Source: a virus
Strand: one strand, 5' to 3'
DNA: 64,000 nt
Virus record (IMG/VR): IMGVR_UViG_3300045988_110853
Location: 132,077-196,076 of that record
A program made the translations under genes and the position numbers. This document shows positions 24,556 to 34,138 of this stretch, one piece after another. Position 1 is the first letter of the stretch. Every line of letters begins with the position of its first letter. Under the pieces are notes generated by a model. That model did no database searches. It saw only the letters and a list, made by a program, of their open reading frames with translations, and had not been told where the DNA came from.

Positions 24556-24589
24556 AGAGGCCATCTTTATTTAATGGCTAATTCATTAA

Positions 24590-25534
24590 TTAGAATTTAA
24601 AACCTTCGGTAGCTGCAGGTGCAGATGTAGATGCAGTAGCATTCTGCTTAGAAGCTTTATATTCATCTTGGCGCTGCTTCAAAGTAGCAAGATAAGTTTC
24701 ACGAGCTGCCATTGCTTCAGTAAGTTCTTTTGCGGTAATAGAACTTTCATCATCCCAAACATAAGGCTCTTTAGCCCCGCCAGTAATAACGAAGTCTTTA
24801 CGAGTGCTCTGAACCTCACGAACATTATCATCGCCAAATGCGGACTCTTCACGGATTTCACGCTTAATTACTTCAGATACCTGACGACCCCAAAGCTTTG
24901 TAAATACAGGCTCAGAAGGAGAAGCGCCAAGGCCCTCATAATAAGCCATAGCCCCAGGGTTGGTAGCAGTAAACTCAACAGGGAGCAAGGACTTGCGGAA
25001 ATCGAAAATTGCGCCCTTAACAATTACCTTTTCAGGAATATTGTGCTCTTCATCAGCATCAACATGAGTTACATTGGTGATAATCATATCGCACTTAAAA
25101 GTATTGCGCTGTTTTTCATCATCAATAAGGGTGTTAGTAGTATGAACGAAACCGCCTTCATTGCGCTTGGTACTTACAAGCTCTTCCTTACCATTACGGT
25201 CGGAATAGAATTCATTAAGACCAATTGCGGAATCAACACGAAGCTTAGCAGCTTTATCCTCTCCATCAGCCATATAATTACCAATTGTACCATCAATAAT
25301 ATTCTGAAGAATACTGTATGTAGCATTAGGAGCACCCTTGGCAGTGGTTTGAGTTACATAAGTAAAATGAACCTGGACGATATTAGTAAGAGCATTATCA
25401 GTAGCAATACTAATAGTACCAGAAATAAAAGGAGTGCCGGGATTCTTAGAATTTTGTCCGGTCACCTTATTTTCCAAAGCATGTTCGTACAAGATACCTT
25501 CAATATGAGTAGCATTTTCCATTACTTTCTTCAT
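24590..25534 (-). CDS. Hypothetical protein (314 aa), possibly the ssDNA-binding partner of the Sak4-like ATPase; GC-rich.
   Basis: Position next to Sak4; C-terminal acidic/aromatic tail ...TEGFKF. No direct motif support. Confidence 0.3.
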   Translation of the reverse strand: MKKVMENATHIEGILYEHALENKVTGQNSKNPGTPFISGTISIATDNALTNIVQVHFTYVTQTTAKGAPNATYSILQNIIDGTIGNYMADGEDKAAKLRVDSAIGLNEFYSDRNGKEELVSTKRNEGGFVHTTNTLIDDEKQRNTFKCDMIITNVTHVDADEEHNIPEKVIVKGAIFDFRKSLLPVEFTATNPGAMAYYEGLGASPSEPVFTKLWGRQVSEVIKREIREESAFGDDNVREVQSTRKDFVITGGAKEPYVWDDESSITAKELTEAMAARETYLATLKQRQDEYKASKQNATASTSAPAATEGFKF

Positions 25535-25548
25535 AAATAAATTTCTCC

Positions 25549-25926
25549 TTAATTAAATAAATTCAATAAATTAATATTTTTTCCTTTTTCTGTTAAAGTA
25601 TAAATAATTGGATCTTGACTAACTTTTTCTACGAAACCATCAGATACTAATTTACGCATGGAACCCGCAACTCCACGGCTAGATACTCCAAGATGTTCTG
25701 CGATTTCTCTCGATTTAACAAGAGGAATATCTTTATTATTATCCTGCATCCATTTAAGAATAGCTTTTCCGCCTTCAGTAAACAGAGGTTTTTCAGTTTC
25801 TTCTTTAGCTTTTAACGCTTCCCAATAAATACGAGCATCTTCACTCATTACTACTGGATAGCGATTTTCATCAGTTGCAACAATTAATTCTTCAACATAA
25901 TCAATAAATGCTTGTTTTTTACTCAT
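25549..25926 (-). CDS. Winged-helix/HTH transcription regulator (MarR-like).
   Basis: SREIAEHLGVSSRGVAGSMRKLVSDGFVEK. Confidence 0.5.
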   Translation of the reverse strand: MSKKQAFIDYVEELIVATDENRYPVVMSEDARIYWEALKAKEETEKPLFTEGGKAILKWMQDNNKDIPLVKSREIAEHLGVSSRGVAGSMRKLVSDGFVEKVSQDPIIYTLTEKGKNINLLNLFN

Positions 25927-26000
25927 TTTAAAAAGTCTATAACCTTTCTTTATCTTATATAAATATTATATAATATTTATTTAGAAAAATCAAGTTATGA

Positions 26001-26663
26001 TTAATTTACCAATAGTTCTTCCGCATAAGGAAGAGTTTCAATCCATCTACAGAACTCTCTCCATTCGGGAAGACGATGGTCTTTTCTCTAAATATATATG
26101 TTTCTTAAACATCTATAATTAGTAGTTAATCTTGCAGTAAGTAAAAATCCAGCAGGATTAGAGTATAGAATTTCAAGATATTTTTCTTTTCTAATTTCCT
26201 CTAATTGCTAGAGCATTTTAATTTTCTAATTTTTATTTTCAGTTTCACAATGCTTAATTTTATCAATAATACTTAAAAGTTGATTATAAATATCAACTTT
26301 TTCACGCATTATTTCAATGATTCTTGGATCAACATATTCATTATATTGCTCGTCTAAATCAAATTTTGTAATACAATGCATTGTAGACTGCGAAGATACA
26401 AATTCAAGGAATCTATATCTTTCTGCTTCGACCCATGCTTTATTAGAAAAAGTTAAATCAAAATTAACTCTAATTCCCGTTAAAAACTAAGCATGAGCCA
26501 TATTTCCACTTTTCGTAGCAGATACAAGATTCTAACATCTTGCCATATCTCTGTCGTCAATTGGATGTTGCTCTGTATCTGTTCTCATTGGATATCCAGC
26601 AGCAACCATACTTTCCGGCAAATCATAGACTCTTACATTACTGACGATTTTATTATTCTTCAT
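26001..26663 (-). CDS. Hypothetical protein (221 aa) with 5 in-frame TAGs; weak ThyX-like signature.
   Basis: ATG at 26661-26663 and TAA at 26001. Motif ERYRFLEFVSSQST resembles the ThyX R-H-R-x7-S signature with H->Y. Absent from the track because of the TAGs. Confidence 0.35.
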
Positions 26664-26665
26664 AA

Positions 26666-26944
26666 TCAATCCTCATTACTTAAAGTATATCCATTAAGAT
26701 TATGCCCGAGAGAACGGACAAAACAATCAAGTTCATCAATAAATACCATACTGCCTTTTGGGTAATTCCCATTAATATAATCGTGATATGAAATAAAATT
26801 AATTCCAACAATTCCATATCCTTCTGACTTAGTTCTCATAGCATTAGGATTAGAGCAAGCAATAATAGCATTTTTCTCTTTGGCTAACAATATTAATCTA
26901 CTCGTTTTTCCAGTTCCACGTTTATCAATTATTCTATACATCAT
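26666..26944 (-). CDS. Small P-loop protein.
   Basis: DKRGTGKTSRLILLA. Confidence 0.35.
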   Translation of the reverse strand: MMYRIIDKRGTGKTSRLILLAKEKNAIIACSNPNAMRTKSEGYGIVGINFISYHDYINGNYPKGSMVFIDELDCFVRSLGHNLNGYTLSNED

Positions 26945-27954
26945 TTTATACTATACCCAAATTCTTTGGCTTTAAAATAGTCTTGCCAATAATCTTCTCG
27001 TGCATCTAACTCTTCACGAGAGCATTCTTCTATTACTTCAAAACTAAAATTTTCTACTCCAATAGCTAACATAGCAGGATAAAGTTTATTGCGTGTAGCG
27101 GATTCGGCGCCAATTCCGCGTTTAATATGTTGTTTCCAACGTGCGGAAAGGTCTACTGCCTAACCTACATAACACATTTGATTTTCTAAATTAGTAATTT
27201 TATAAATTCCTGTGTGAACTCCTGAGCCAATTACTCGACCAATCAAATCAGTAGTTGGTTTTTCATAATAGCTCTTCCAAATTACTTTGTTTAGTATATC
27301 TTTATCGCGAAGTCTTGGTTCAATAGAGCGGAGAAGGCTGATTTCATCAATATCTATTTGAGGCAATTGTAATTTATAAAAATCAGCTTGGGATTTAATT
27401 TCTTCTGCGCGTTTCGCTGCATCAACCGCGGCTGCGACTTCTCTACTATGTAATTGAATTTCTTCATCTAATTTATTTAATTCTTCTTTTTTAGAATTAA
27501 TTAAATTAGATAATTCTAAAGAACAATCAACAAGAGTTGATTGGTATTCATTTTCATATTCTTCTTTAGCTTTTGTATATTTAAATTCTTGTTTATTTAA
27601 ATCATATTCAAGACGAACGCGAGCATTTTCCATTGATTGCTGATAGAAAATATCCGCTGATTGTTTTGCTTGGTTCTATAAAGAATTTAAGCTATTTTCA
27701 ACTTCGTCTCTCTTGGACTAAAGAATATTTAAATTATTTTCTACTTCTTCTTTTCTAGAAGTAATAGCTTTTACTGCCGTTGATAATATTGTATACTAAT
27801 CATCTAAATCCATATTTTTAGATTCAAGGTCTTTATTTTGTTTTACTATTTCTTCATTAAGTTTTTGAATATTATTTAGTCGTGGACGTAAAACAAAATA
27901 TATTAAAAATCCACCAATAATAAACGACAGTATAGCAATTATTAAAGTAAGCAT
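26941..27954 (-). CDS. Membrane-anchored coiled-coil protein with a C-terminal GIY-YIG nuclease domain (338 aa, 4 in-frame TAGs).
   Basis: Track ORF 27160..27633 ends ...GSGVHTGIYKITNLENQMCYVG. Read-through of TAG at 27160 gives AVDLSARWKNHIKRG...EVIEECSREEL, completing GIY-x10-YVG...R...H...E. The upstream frame through 3 TAGs reaches ATG 27952 with a TM helix LTLIIAILSFIIGGFLIYFVL and heptad-like repeats. Confidence 0.5.
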
Positions 27955-27970
27955 AAATATTTAAAAAAGA

Positions 27971-28000
27971 AAGGGGCAGATATTAAATATCTACCCCTTA
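27971..28000 (-). terminator. Hairpin terminator.
   Basis: aaggggcagatat...atatctacccctt. Confidence 0.5.
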
Positions 28001-28014
28001 ATAATCTATATTAA

Positions 28015-28284
28015 TTACTCCGCATCAGGAGCGTCGGGATCAAAGCTCATGCCAGCGGGAGTGAGAGAGAGGAACTTGACCTGCTTATGAGTACCATCCT
28101 CAAGCTCAACCTCAGCGGGAGTGCGAAGACCGAGACCCTTGCGCTGAATAGCACTAGTAAAGATACCATCAACAGAACGCTTCTCAAGGCCGAGAGCCTC
28201 AGCAACATCAGCAGCAGTAACTTCCTGACCGTTAACTTCCTTCAAATAATTAAGAACTTTCTTAGAATTTTCCTTCATAGCCAT
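28015..28284 (-). CDS. Small GC-rich (about 50%) hypothetical protein, possibly DNA-binding; likely highly expressed.
   Basis: Compositional outlier with its own promoter and terminator; no HU/IHF signature. Confidence 0.35.
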   Translation of the reverse strand: MAMKENSKKVLNYLKEVNGQEVTAADVAEALGLEKRSVDGIFTSAIQRKGLGLRTPAEVELEDGTHKQVKFLSLTPAGMSFDPDAPDAE

Positions 28285-28374
28285 AATAATAATAATCTCC
28301 TTTAAATAATTAAATATTTTTTTTATTTTTTCTTTTAACCTTTAGGTTATGTAAATATTATAGTAAAAAATTTT

Positions 28375-28575
28375 TTATTTGTCAAGAATTTTTCCAAGAA
28401 TTTCTTGAACCATTTCATCAATGGTTGTAATATCATCAAGACTGTGAACGTGGCTCGAAAGTTCCATAATTTGATTCTGAGCTTTACGAACGGCTTGCGG
28501 GTCTTCACTTGTCTGAACGACTAATTCTGCGTTAGCAATTTTCTTTGCGAGATTCTTGAGTTCTTTTGTTTTCAT
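28375..28575 (-). CDS. Hypothetical small protein.
   Basis: Track ORF. Confidence 0.3.
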   Translation of the reverse strand: MKTKELKNLAKKIANAELVVQTSEDPQAVRKAQNQIMELSSHVHSLDDITTIDEMVQEILGKILDK

Positions 28576-28626
28576 CTAAAAATTTTCTTCCTTAATTTTT
28601 ACAAGTTTATTTTACAAAAAATTTTT

Positions 28627-29745
28627 TTATTTGTCAAAACATTCCGCCAAAGTACAGTCGGTAATGTTCTTATCGTCGCGGAATCCTTTAAAAAACCCAT
28701 GTCTTAAAGTATGATCTTTGCTATTAATCTCCATACATTGTATAGAAACTACTCGGTTAAGGTATTTTTTAGGTTCTCTAGCAAAAGCTTCTTTAAGTTC
28801 ATCAGTTAATCCAGAGGATACCGTTCCAATTTCAATAAGGTTTCCTTTATCATCATAGGCGCCTAACTTCATAGATGTCTTCCATCCATAATAATAGCCT
28901 TTGGTAATTGGTTGCCAACCAATACAACCATATTGACAAACATGAGTATGAATAATATTATCATCATCCAAAATTTTTTCCCAATAAGGCCAAGTTGTAA
29001 TTTCTTTGCCATCATAATATTTAGTAGCATCTTCAAATCCAATACAAATACAATCAACATAATCCATCTTTTTAATTTTAATAGAAGACCATGCTGGTCG
29101 TTTGTCCGGAACATATGGAGCATCTTTCTTTTTTAAAACCGCACCTTCTTCACCCGCGGCAAGGGCGGCCGCAGTAAATTCTTGAATATTATCAAGAACT
29201 GCATCTGCTAACTCCATATAAGAATATTGACCTAAATTAAACTTATTCCAAATGGCTTTCAATACCTGATAGCGCGTCCAAGCACCCTCATTTTGAATAT
29301 CAATTCCATTATATTTAATAACATCGTGTAGATAATAATGGATTAATCCACTGGACTGCTGACGTTTAATCGCTTCAGGTGCTAAACATCCCATAATTTT
29401 AGTCACATCTTTAGAAGTTTTACCTGGATAATAAATTTCACCTATTAAAATAGTGCCGGAAGGTAAATCTTTGAGTGCTTCACGAATATGAGGGACATTT
29501 GCTAATTTCTCAGTTAAAATACCAGTATTTGCACTTACATTACGACTAAATAAATAATCATAATGTTCTGTCTTTTCATACTGATACCAATATCCATCTT
29601 TCTTCAATTCAGCAAAATATTCACCGCCATTACAAACAACGGGGAAAAGACTCTCTTTACCATCAGGCAATTTCCAAATCTTCATTGCTTGGATACAATC
29701 TGCTTCTGGAGCATACTTATCAAGCAATTCTTTAGAAAAACTCAT
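28627..29745 (-). CDS. ATP-dependent DNA ligase.
   Basis: Motif I AELKKDGYW (KxDG), motif IV EGAVLKKKD, motif V SIKIKK. Confidence 0.75.
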   Translation of the reverse strand: MSFSKELLDKYAPEADCIQAMKIWKLPDGKESLFPVVCNGGEYFAELKKDGYWYQYEKTEHYDYLFSRNVSANTGILTEKLANVPHIREALKDLPSGTILIGEIYYPGKTSKDVTKIMGCLAPEAIKRQQSSGLIHYYLHDVIKYNGIDIQNEGAWTRYQVLKAIWNKFNLGQYSYMELADAVLDNIQEFTAAALAAGEEGAVLKKKDAPYVPDKRPAWSSIKIKKMDYVDCICIGFEDATKYYDGKEITTWPYWEKILDDDNIIHTHVCQYGCIGWQPITKGYYYGWKTSMKLGAYDDKGNLIEIGTVSSGLTDELKEAFAREPKKYLNRVVSIQCMEINSKDHTLRHGFFKGFRDDKNITDCTLAECFDK

Positions 29746-29761
29746 TGATTTATTTCCGTCC

Positions 29762-29805
29762 TATCTTTAAATATATTATAGAAAAATTTTTTAAAAAAAT
29801 CAAGT
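29762..29805 (-). promoter_or_regulatory. Instance of the recurrent sigma70-type promoter, upstream of the ligase gene.
   Basis: Minus-strand TTGATT-N17-TATAAT-like arrangement. Confidence 0.45.
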
Positions 29806-29806
29806 A

Positions 29807-29828
29807 AAGGAGGATTATATCCTCCCTT
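29807..29828 (-). terminator. Hairpin terminator after the topoisomerase A gene.
   Basis: aaggaggatta / tatcctccctt. Confidence 0.5.
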
Positions 29829-29836
29829 ATAAGATT

Positions 29837-32260
29837 TTATACTTTAGTTACTGACTTAATTTTGCTAGACCTAATAATCTGATTACCAATAGAAATTCGT
29901 CCAAGAGTAGGAATATCTTTAGCAGAAATACAAATAGACGCTTTATCTCCTGTAATAAGTAGATTATCTTCATCAGCAATTAGCGCGGTTGCGGTTAACA
30001 AACCGGTAGATCCACTAATTTTATATATACTAAGTCCTTTACCACCGCGTTTTTGTAAAGTCAATTCATCTAAAGAAAATTTCTTTCCTAAACCATTTTC
30101 ACTAAATACTGCCACAGAATCAGTATTATGACGAATTGGCATAGCAGAAATTACTTCATCACCTTCGTTAAGATTAATACCCTTAACACCGCTGGTTGCG
30201 CGAGAAGTCGCTGTAATGTCTGTAGAATTAAATTTGATCCCCATACCATTTTTAGTTGTCAATATAATAGGTTCATCTTTAATTAAACATACAGATGCTA
30301 AACTATCCCCTTCGCGCAAACTAATAGCAACAATACCAGTCTTTTTCTTTGTATTAATATACTCTTCCAAAGCAGTCTTTTTTACAAGTCCATTTTTAGT
30401 AGTAAATAATACATACTTAGCATCAGTATCTCTATAAATTGAATACATTGTCTCAGGATTTTCATCAGGAGCCATATTTACAAGACTTCTAATAGACTGA
30501 CCTTGTGAACTATTTGTTCCTACTGGAATATTATCAACTAAAAGTCGATACATTACACCCTTATTAGAAAAAATCATTAAAGAGTCAATAGTATTAGTTC
30601 TTAAAACACAAGAAGTAATATCTTCTTGAGATTTAATTCCTTTACCATTTTTCTTTTGAGTGCGATAAGAAGCAGTTGGAATACGCTTAATAGTTCCACC
30701 CTCAGTCATTACAACAACACACTTCTCAGGTTCAACATATTCAATTTCTTTATCTTCTTTTTCTACTGAAGCTTGAATAATTTTAGTAATACGAGCATCA
30801 CCATAAGTATTCTTAATAGTAATGAAAATCTTTTCAAGTTCATCAGTAGGATCTTTAAGGATCAAAGCTAAACGCTCGCTCTCTTTAATTAAATTGTCTC
30901 TTTCCTCTTGGATTTCAACTTTCTCTAAACGAGCCAGTCTACTTAATTTAATATCAAGAATTGCCTTAGCTTGGTCTTCATCCAAGTTATACTGAGTCAT
31001 CAAAGCCTGGCGCGCAGCTACCGCACTTTCACTCTTTTTAATAAGAGCAATTACATTATCAATATCTTCAAGAGCTTTAAGAATACCATTTAGAATATGG
31101 ATACGTGCTTGTGCTTTATCATATTCATATTTTGTTTTTCTTAATAATACATCTTTCTGATGACTAATATAAATTTCAATAAGTTGTTTGAGATTTAAAA
31201 GTTTTGGTTTCTTATTAACAAGAGCAACTTGATTAAAACTATAAGTTTCTTCAAGACGAGATAGTTTATAAAGCTTCGCAATTATAGGTTGAGCGCTAAC
31301 TCCTTTATCCAGTTCAATTACAAAACGCACTCCATCCTTAGTGCTTTCATCTCTAATGGCAACAATACCATTTAGTTTACCTTCTTCACAAAGTTTATCA
31401 ATTTCTTCGCAAAGTGTGTCCTTTGAAACTTTATAAGGAATAGTAGTAAATACAATTAAATCATGCGTTTTCTCATGCTCGATGATATAATCAGCTCTCA
31501 TGCGAGCACGACCCTTACCAGTCAAATAAGCAGTTTTTAATTCATCTTTATTAATAACTGTTCCACCAGTAGGAAAATCGGGGCCTTGAACGAATTGAAG
31601 TAAATCTTCAACTTTACATCCAGTATTACGTAAAGTATAAATAATTGCGTCCATAATTTCAGTTAAATTATGTGGAGCAAAAGAACAAGCCATAGCAACA
31701 GCAATACCAGTAGTGCCATTAACCAGTAAATGCGGAATTCTGCCTGGTAAATATACAGGTTCATTCTCAACATCTGTATAAGCTAATTGCCAATCACAAG
31801 TATTCTTTTTAATATCAGCAAGCATTTCTTCGCCAACTTTAGATAATTTACATTCAGTATAACGATAGGCAGCAGGCTCTCCGCCATCACGACTGCCATT
31901 ATTACCGTGAAATGAAATTAATGGATAACGCATCGTCCAAGGCTGACTTAAAATGCATAAAGCTCCATAGATAGAACTATCACCATGAGGATGAAAACGA
32001 CCCATCGCATCACCAACAGGCTGTGCGCATTTGACAAACTTCTTATTATTAAAGTATCCTTTATCAAACATATCATAAAGAATACGTCTTGCTACTGGTT
32101 TTAATCCATCTTCTGCTGATGGGATTGCTCTATCAGTTATTACACTCAAAGAGTAATCCAGGAAGGACTGCTCCACTTCGTGAACTATCGGAGTTTTCAG
32201 AATCTCTCCCATATTTTTTAAGAACCTCCTCAACTGTAATTTTTCCAGTAGCAAGACCAT
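29837..32260 (-). CDS. Type II DNA topoisomerase subunit A (GyrA/ParC-like, T4 gp52-like). The true start is probably the internal Met (MGEILKTP...) near 32212.
   Basis: N-terminal SFLDYSLSVITDRAIPSAEDGLKPVARRILY matches the GyrA/ParC signature; 800-aa size; TAA stop. Confidence 0.8.
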   Translation of the reverse strand: MVLLLEKLQLRRFLKNMGEILKTPIVHEVEQSFLDYSLSVITDRAIPSAEDGLKPVARRILYDMFDKGYFNNKKFVKCAQPVGDAMGRFHPHGDSSIYGALCILSQPWTMRYPLISFHGNNGSRDGGEPAAYRYTECKLSKVGEEMLADIKKNTCDWQLAYTDVENEPVYLPGRIPHLLVNGTTGIAVAMACSFAPHNLTEIMDAIIYTLRNTGCKVEDLLQFVQGPDFPTGGTVINKDELKTAYLTGKGRARMRADYIIEHEKTHDLIVFTTIPYKVSKDTLCEEIDKLCEEGKLNGIVAIRDESTKDGVRFVIELDKGVSAQPIIAKLYKLSRLEETYSFNQVALVNKKPKLLNLKQLIEIYISHQKDVLLRKTKYEYDKAQARIHILNGILKALEDIDNVIALIKKSESAVAARQALMTQYNLDEDQAKAILDIKLSRLARLEKVEIQEERDNLIKESERLALILKDPTDELEKIFITIKNTYGDARITKIIQASVEKEDKEIEYVEPEKCVVVMTEGGTIKRIPTASYRTQKKNGKGIKSQEDITSCVLRTNTIDSLMIFSNKGVMYRLLVDNIPVGTNSSQGQSIRSLVNMAPDENPETMYSIYRDTDAKYVLFTTKNGLVKKTALEEYINTKKKTGIVAISLREGDSLASVCLIKDEPIILTTKNGMGIKFNSTDITATSRATSGVKGINLNEGDEVISAMPIRHNTDSVAVFSENGLGKKFSLDELTLQKRGGKGLSIYKISGSTGLLTATALIADEDNLLITGDKASICISAKDIPTLGRISIGNQIIRSSKIKSVTKV

Positions 32261-32705
32261 CTGCTAACTCATTCCACAAATGACCGTTATGCCCGGAAAT
32301 CTTTCTTAAATCAATTTTAACTTCTTTTTCTGTTTCATAATAATCTTTAATTAAATCAAGATTTTCTGGAACTTTTTTATCAGATTTAATCCAATTATTA
32401 CGTTCCCATCCATACATCCAATTAGTAAAAGTATTTACACAATAAGCTGAATCGCTATATACGATAGGAATATCATTAGTCCATTCTCCATTATCATGTT
32501 TACCATATTTCTTTAAAACATGAAGAATAGCTTTTATTTCTTCGCGGTTATTGGTAGTATCTTCTAAAGCATTTAATTGATAAGCATCAATTACTACACC
32601 ATTCTCAGGATTGCTATCATATTCAATAACAACAAACCCATAGCCACCACTATTATTTGCTTTGCCATTTCCACGGCATGATCCATCAGTATAAATCGCT
32701 ATCAT
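32133..32705 (-). CDS. rnh: RNase H (RNase HI-like).
   Basis: MIAIYTDGSCRGNG...; C-terminal ...NELADGLA; overlaps the topo A N-terminus. Confidence 0.7.
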   Translation of the reverse strand: MIAIYTDGSCRGNGKANNSGGYGFVVIEYDSNPENGVVIDAYQLNALEDTTNNREEIKAILHVLKKYGKHDNGEWTNDIPIVYSDSAYCVNTFTNWMYGWERNNWIKSDKKVPENLDLIKDYYETEKEVKIDLRKISGHNGHLWNELADGLATGKITVEEVLKKYGRDSENSDSSRSGAVLPGLLFECNN

Positions 32706-32997
32706 ATGATGGTCTCCCTAAAAATTCATTTTCTCCACAATCAATATTAAAAGAAGTATTAGCAAAAATAGTAATTTTATCAATAAAATAATCATTAATA
32801 ATATTTACTCTATTATCTGGAAATAACTTCTGTAATTGTTCGTGAAGTTCTCTACAAGTAATTACATCAATATCTTTATTGACGTGAGCTAAAACAACGT
32901 CATTTTTACAAATAGGAATTATTTCAATAGGTATTCCTTTATAATTACTTACATATCCTTTATCAGTTTTATACATCAATATTGGCCCTTTCTGCAT
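32686..32997 (-). CDS. Hypothetical protein.
   Basis: Track ORF. Confidence 0.3.
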   Translation of the reverse strand: MQKGPILMYKTDKGYVSNYKGIPIEIIPICKNDVVLAHVNKDIDVITCRELHEQLQKLFPDNRVNIINDYFIDKITIFANTSFNIDCGENEFLGRPSYDSDLY

Positions 32998-33181
32998 TTA
33001 ACTCAATGAAAGATTTACGAGGGCCAACTGATTCGCCCATTAAATCCATAAATGTTTTATTAACAAGATTCATATCATCCATTGTAATCTGTTTCAAAGT
33101 GCGAGTTTCTGGATTCATAACTAATTCCATTTCATGAGTATCCATTTCGCCTACGTGTTTCTCCAATATCACTATTGGCAC
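32969..33181 (-). CDS. C-terminal tail of the type II topoisomerase large (GyrB-like) subunit. It is separated from the main ORF by about 950 bp, as a detached exon or a separately translated fragment; the upstream boundary is unresolved.
   Basis: GEMDTHEMELVMNPETRTLKQITMDDMNLVNKTFMDLMGESVGPRKSFIELNAERANIDV aligns with the conserved GyrB C-terminus (YKGLGEMNPEQLWETTMDP...[25 protein letters not shown]). The same frame stays open upstream; a possible internal start MMAVNTLAGAKK is preceded by AAGGTAGG. Confidence 0.65.
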   Translation of the reverse strand: MPIVILEKHVGEMDTHEMELVMNPETRTLKQITMDDMNLVNKTFMDLMGESVGPRKSFIELNAERANIDV

Positions 33182-33296
33182 TGACTATTTCTTCGCTCCG
33201 GCTAACGTATTAACTGCCATCATCACGCCTACCTTTTCGAAAGTATGTATCAATAATACTTTCTACTCCCCGACAAAGGGGATAGTCGATACAGGA

Positions 33297-33986
33297 TTAA
33301 ACTACGATATTTTTCCAATTCTAATAACTCCATACGTTCGTAAAAGAACCATATGTAAGTTTATCAGAATAATCTTTATAAACTTCTCTTATATTTTCTC
33401 CATTTTTACGACGCAATCTTATTTGATAAACATCTTGTTCGGTCATTTTAGAGCGACCATTTTTACTTCCCTAATTAGAAGTATTATGTTTATGAAAATT
33501 TTTATTTTCAGTAGTATATACTTCTGGCATAATATTTTTCCAAGTATCACCATTCCAAATTTTATGGAAGCCAGATTCACCAATTAAATTTTTATAATCT
33601 TCATAAACTTCATTTTTTCTTTCTTGATTATTATAACGAGTCCTAATATTAATAACATCTTGTTTAGTTAATTTATGACTTGGATGACTTTCTTCAGCGT
33701 TAAATTGTCCTCCGGGAGTCATGTTATACTAATCAGGATAAGTATTATAATACTTTATATAATACTATTCTTTATTATTAAGTTCTTCTATAGAACATTC
33801 TTCTAATATTTCAAAAGAAAAATTATTTATTCCATATTCTAATATGTCTTTATATAACTTTTTATTTTTTTCTCTATACCAGTTATATGATTTTTTATGT
33901 TCTCTAAAACGCTATTCTATTTGCGTGCTTTGTCCTATATAAGATAAGTTATTTATTTTATTGGTTATTTTATAAATACCAATCAT
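33297..33986 (-). mobile_element. GIY-YIG homing endonuclease gene (229 aa, 5 in-frame TAGs) inserted within the topoisomerase large-subunit gene.
   Basis: MIGIYKITNKINNLSYIGQSTQIE.RFREHKK is the canonical GIY-YIG module; two C-terminal NUMOD-like repeats (LTKQDVINIRTRY..., MTEQDVYQIRLRR...); ATG 33984-33986, TAA 33297-33299. Confidence 0.7.
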
Positions 33987-34138
33987 TTTAATTACCTCAC
34001 CAATTATAAGTAAGATAATATCGTAGTTCTTCCCACGAGATTATCTCCACTAATATTTAACACTCATTCATTTCAGTTTTTCCTGAAATGTCCTAAAATA
34101 TCAGCGAGACTACCTCGTTAGCCGCCAACTGGAAAATT

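Noticed and set aside
28015-28284. Considered an HU/IHF histone-like protein because it is small, GC-rich and strongly expressed.
   Set aside because: No HU arm or signature (GFGxF, RNP) is present; left as hypothetical.
33182-34138. T4 gene-60-style translational bypass as the explanation for the split topoisomerase gene.
   Set aside because: No matching take-off/landing codons or hairpin were identified; a homing-endonuclease insertion (intron or gene split) explains the layout without bypass.
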